Positions 63,817 to 64,000 of a DNA stretch of 64,000 nt are shown here, piece after piece. The position numbers were made by a program, and so were the translations under genes. The stretch is from Chlorokybus atmophyticus. Lineage: Eukaryota > Plantae > Mesostigma and Chlorokybus algae. Every line of letters begins with the position of its first letter. Positions within the stretch are counted from its first letter, which is position 1. The notes beneath the pieces were generated by a model, which saw only the letters and a list, made by a program, of their open reading frames with translations, searched no databases and had not been told where the DNA came from. The DNA is taken from positions 936,059 to 1,000,058 of the forward strand of contig RHPI01000797.1 of the NCBI GenBank assembly GCA_009103225.1, written 5' to 3'.

Positions 63817-64000
63817 GTTTTCCTGCTCCACGCCATTTTGCTCCATGGTGTTGACGCGACGATCACGGCGAGGGTTGCCATCCGGTGTTGGCCTTTGCGT
63901 GCTTCGTTTGGGGCATCCGTACGCCAAATGCTCCGTCGACCCACACGCATAACACTTGCGCACACCTTTACCTCTTTCACCACGTCCGCCGTGCTTCGCC
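63802..64000 (-). CDS. C-terminal end of retrotransposon Gag (zinc knuckle), truncated by the window edge
   Basis: ...GKGVRKCYACGSTEHLAYGCPKR...EQENDFPQ* with the stop at 63802-63804. Confidence 0.88.
   Translation of the reverse strand, partial: AKHGGRGERGKGVRKCYACGSTEHLAYGCPKRSTQRPTPDGNPRRDRRVNTMEQNGVEQENDFPQ

Larger units (their letters stand above)
59569..64000 (-). mobile_element. Ty3/gypsy chromovirus LTR retrotransposon (5' part outside the window)
   Basis: Contains the gag CCHC end, an uninterrupted pol with PR-RT-RH-IN-chromodomain, a PPT and the 3' LTR. Confidence 0.95.

Overview
Eukaryotic nuclear DNA with many short GT-AG introns and (CA/TG/CATG)-rich low-complexity tracts. It comes from a green alga. 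Close land-plant-like QPT, BRX1 and RRM sequences together with a PsaF that keeps the ITVSPR tail suggest an early-diverging streptophyte (Chlorokybus-like), which is an inference. The first 13 kb is transposon-rich: a 550-nt poly-G tract (probably an artefact in length), a decayed pogo/DDE_1 transposase, and a 7.4-kb CACAC-terminated, 3-bp-TSD CACTA-like non-autonomous element containing an apparently intact 4-exon hAT element (16-bp TIRs, 8-bp TSD). 18-26 kb holds a ~29-exon gene for a ~1500-aa secreted protein with four ConA-like modules, Pro-rich linkers and a C-terminal region that resembles bacterial surface proteins. 27-58 kb is a compact run of mostly divergent gene pairs: BRX1, QPT, two unknown genes, CPP1-like, eIF4B-like/zinc-knuckle, Gly-rich TGD5-like, PPIE-type RRM, a plant-type unknown protein, E2F and PsaF. 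The window ends inside an intact-looking Ty3/gypsy chromovirus, covering the 3' LTR, PPT, pol and a gag end with a -1 frameshift heptamer and pseudoknot. All family assignments come from motif recognition and memory; no database search was run.
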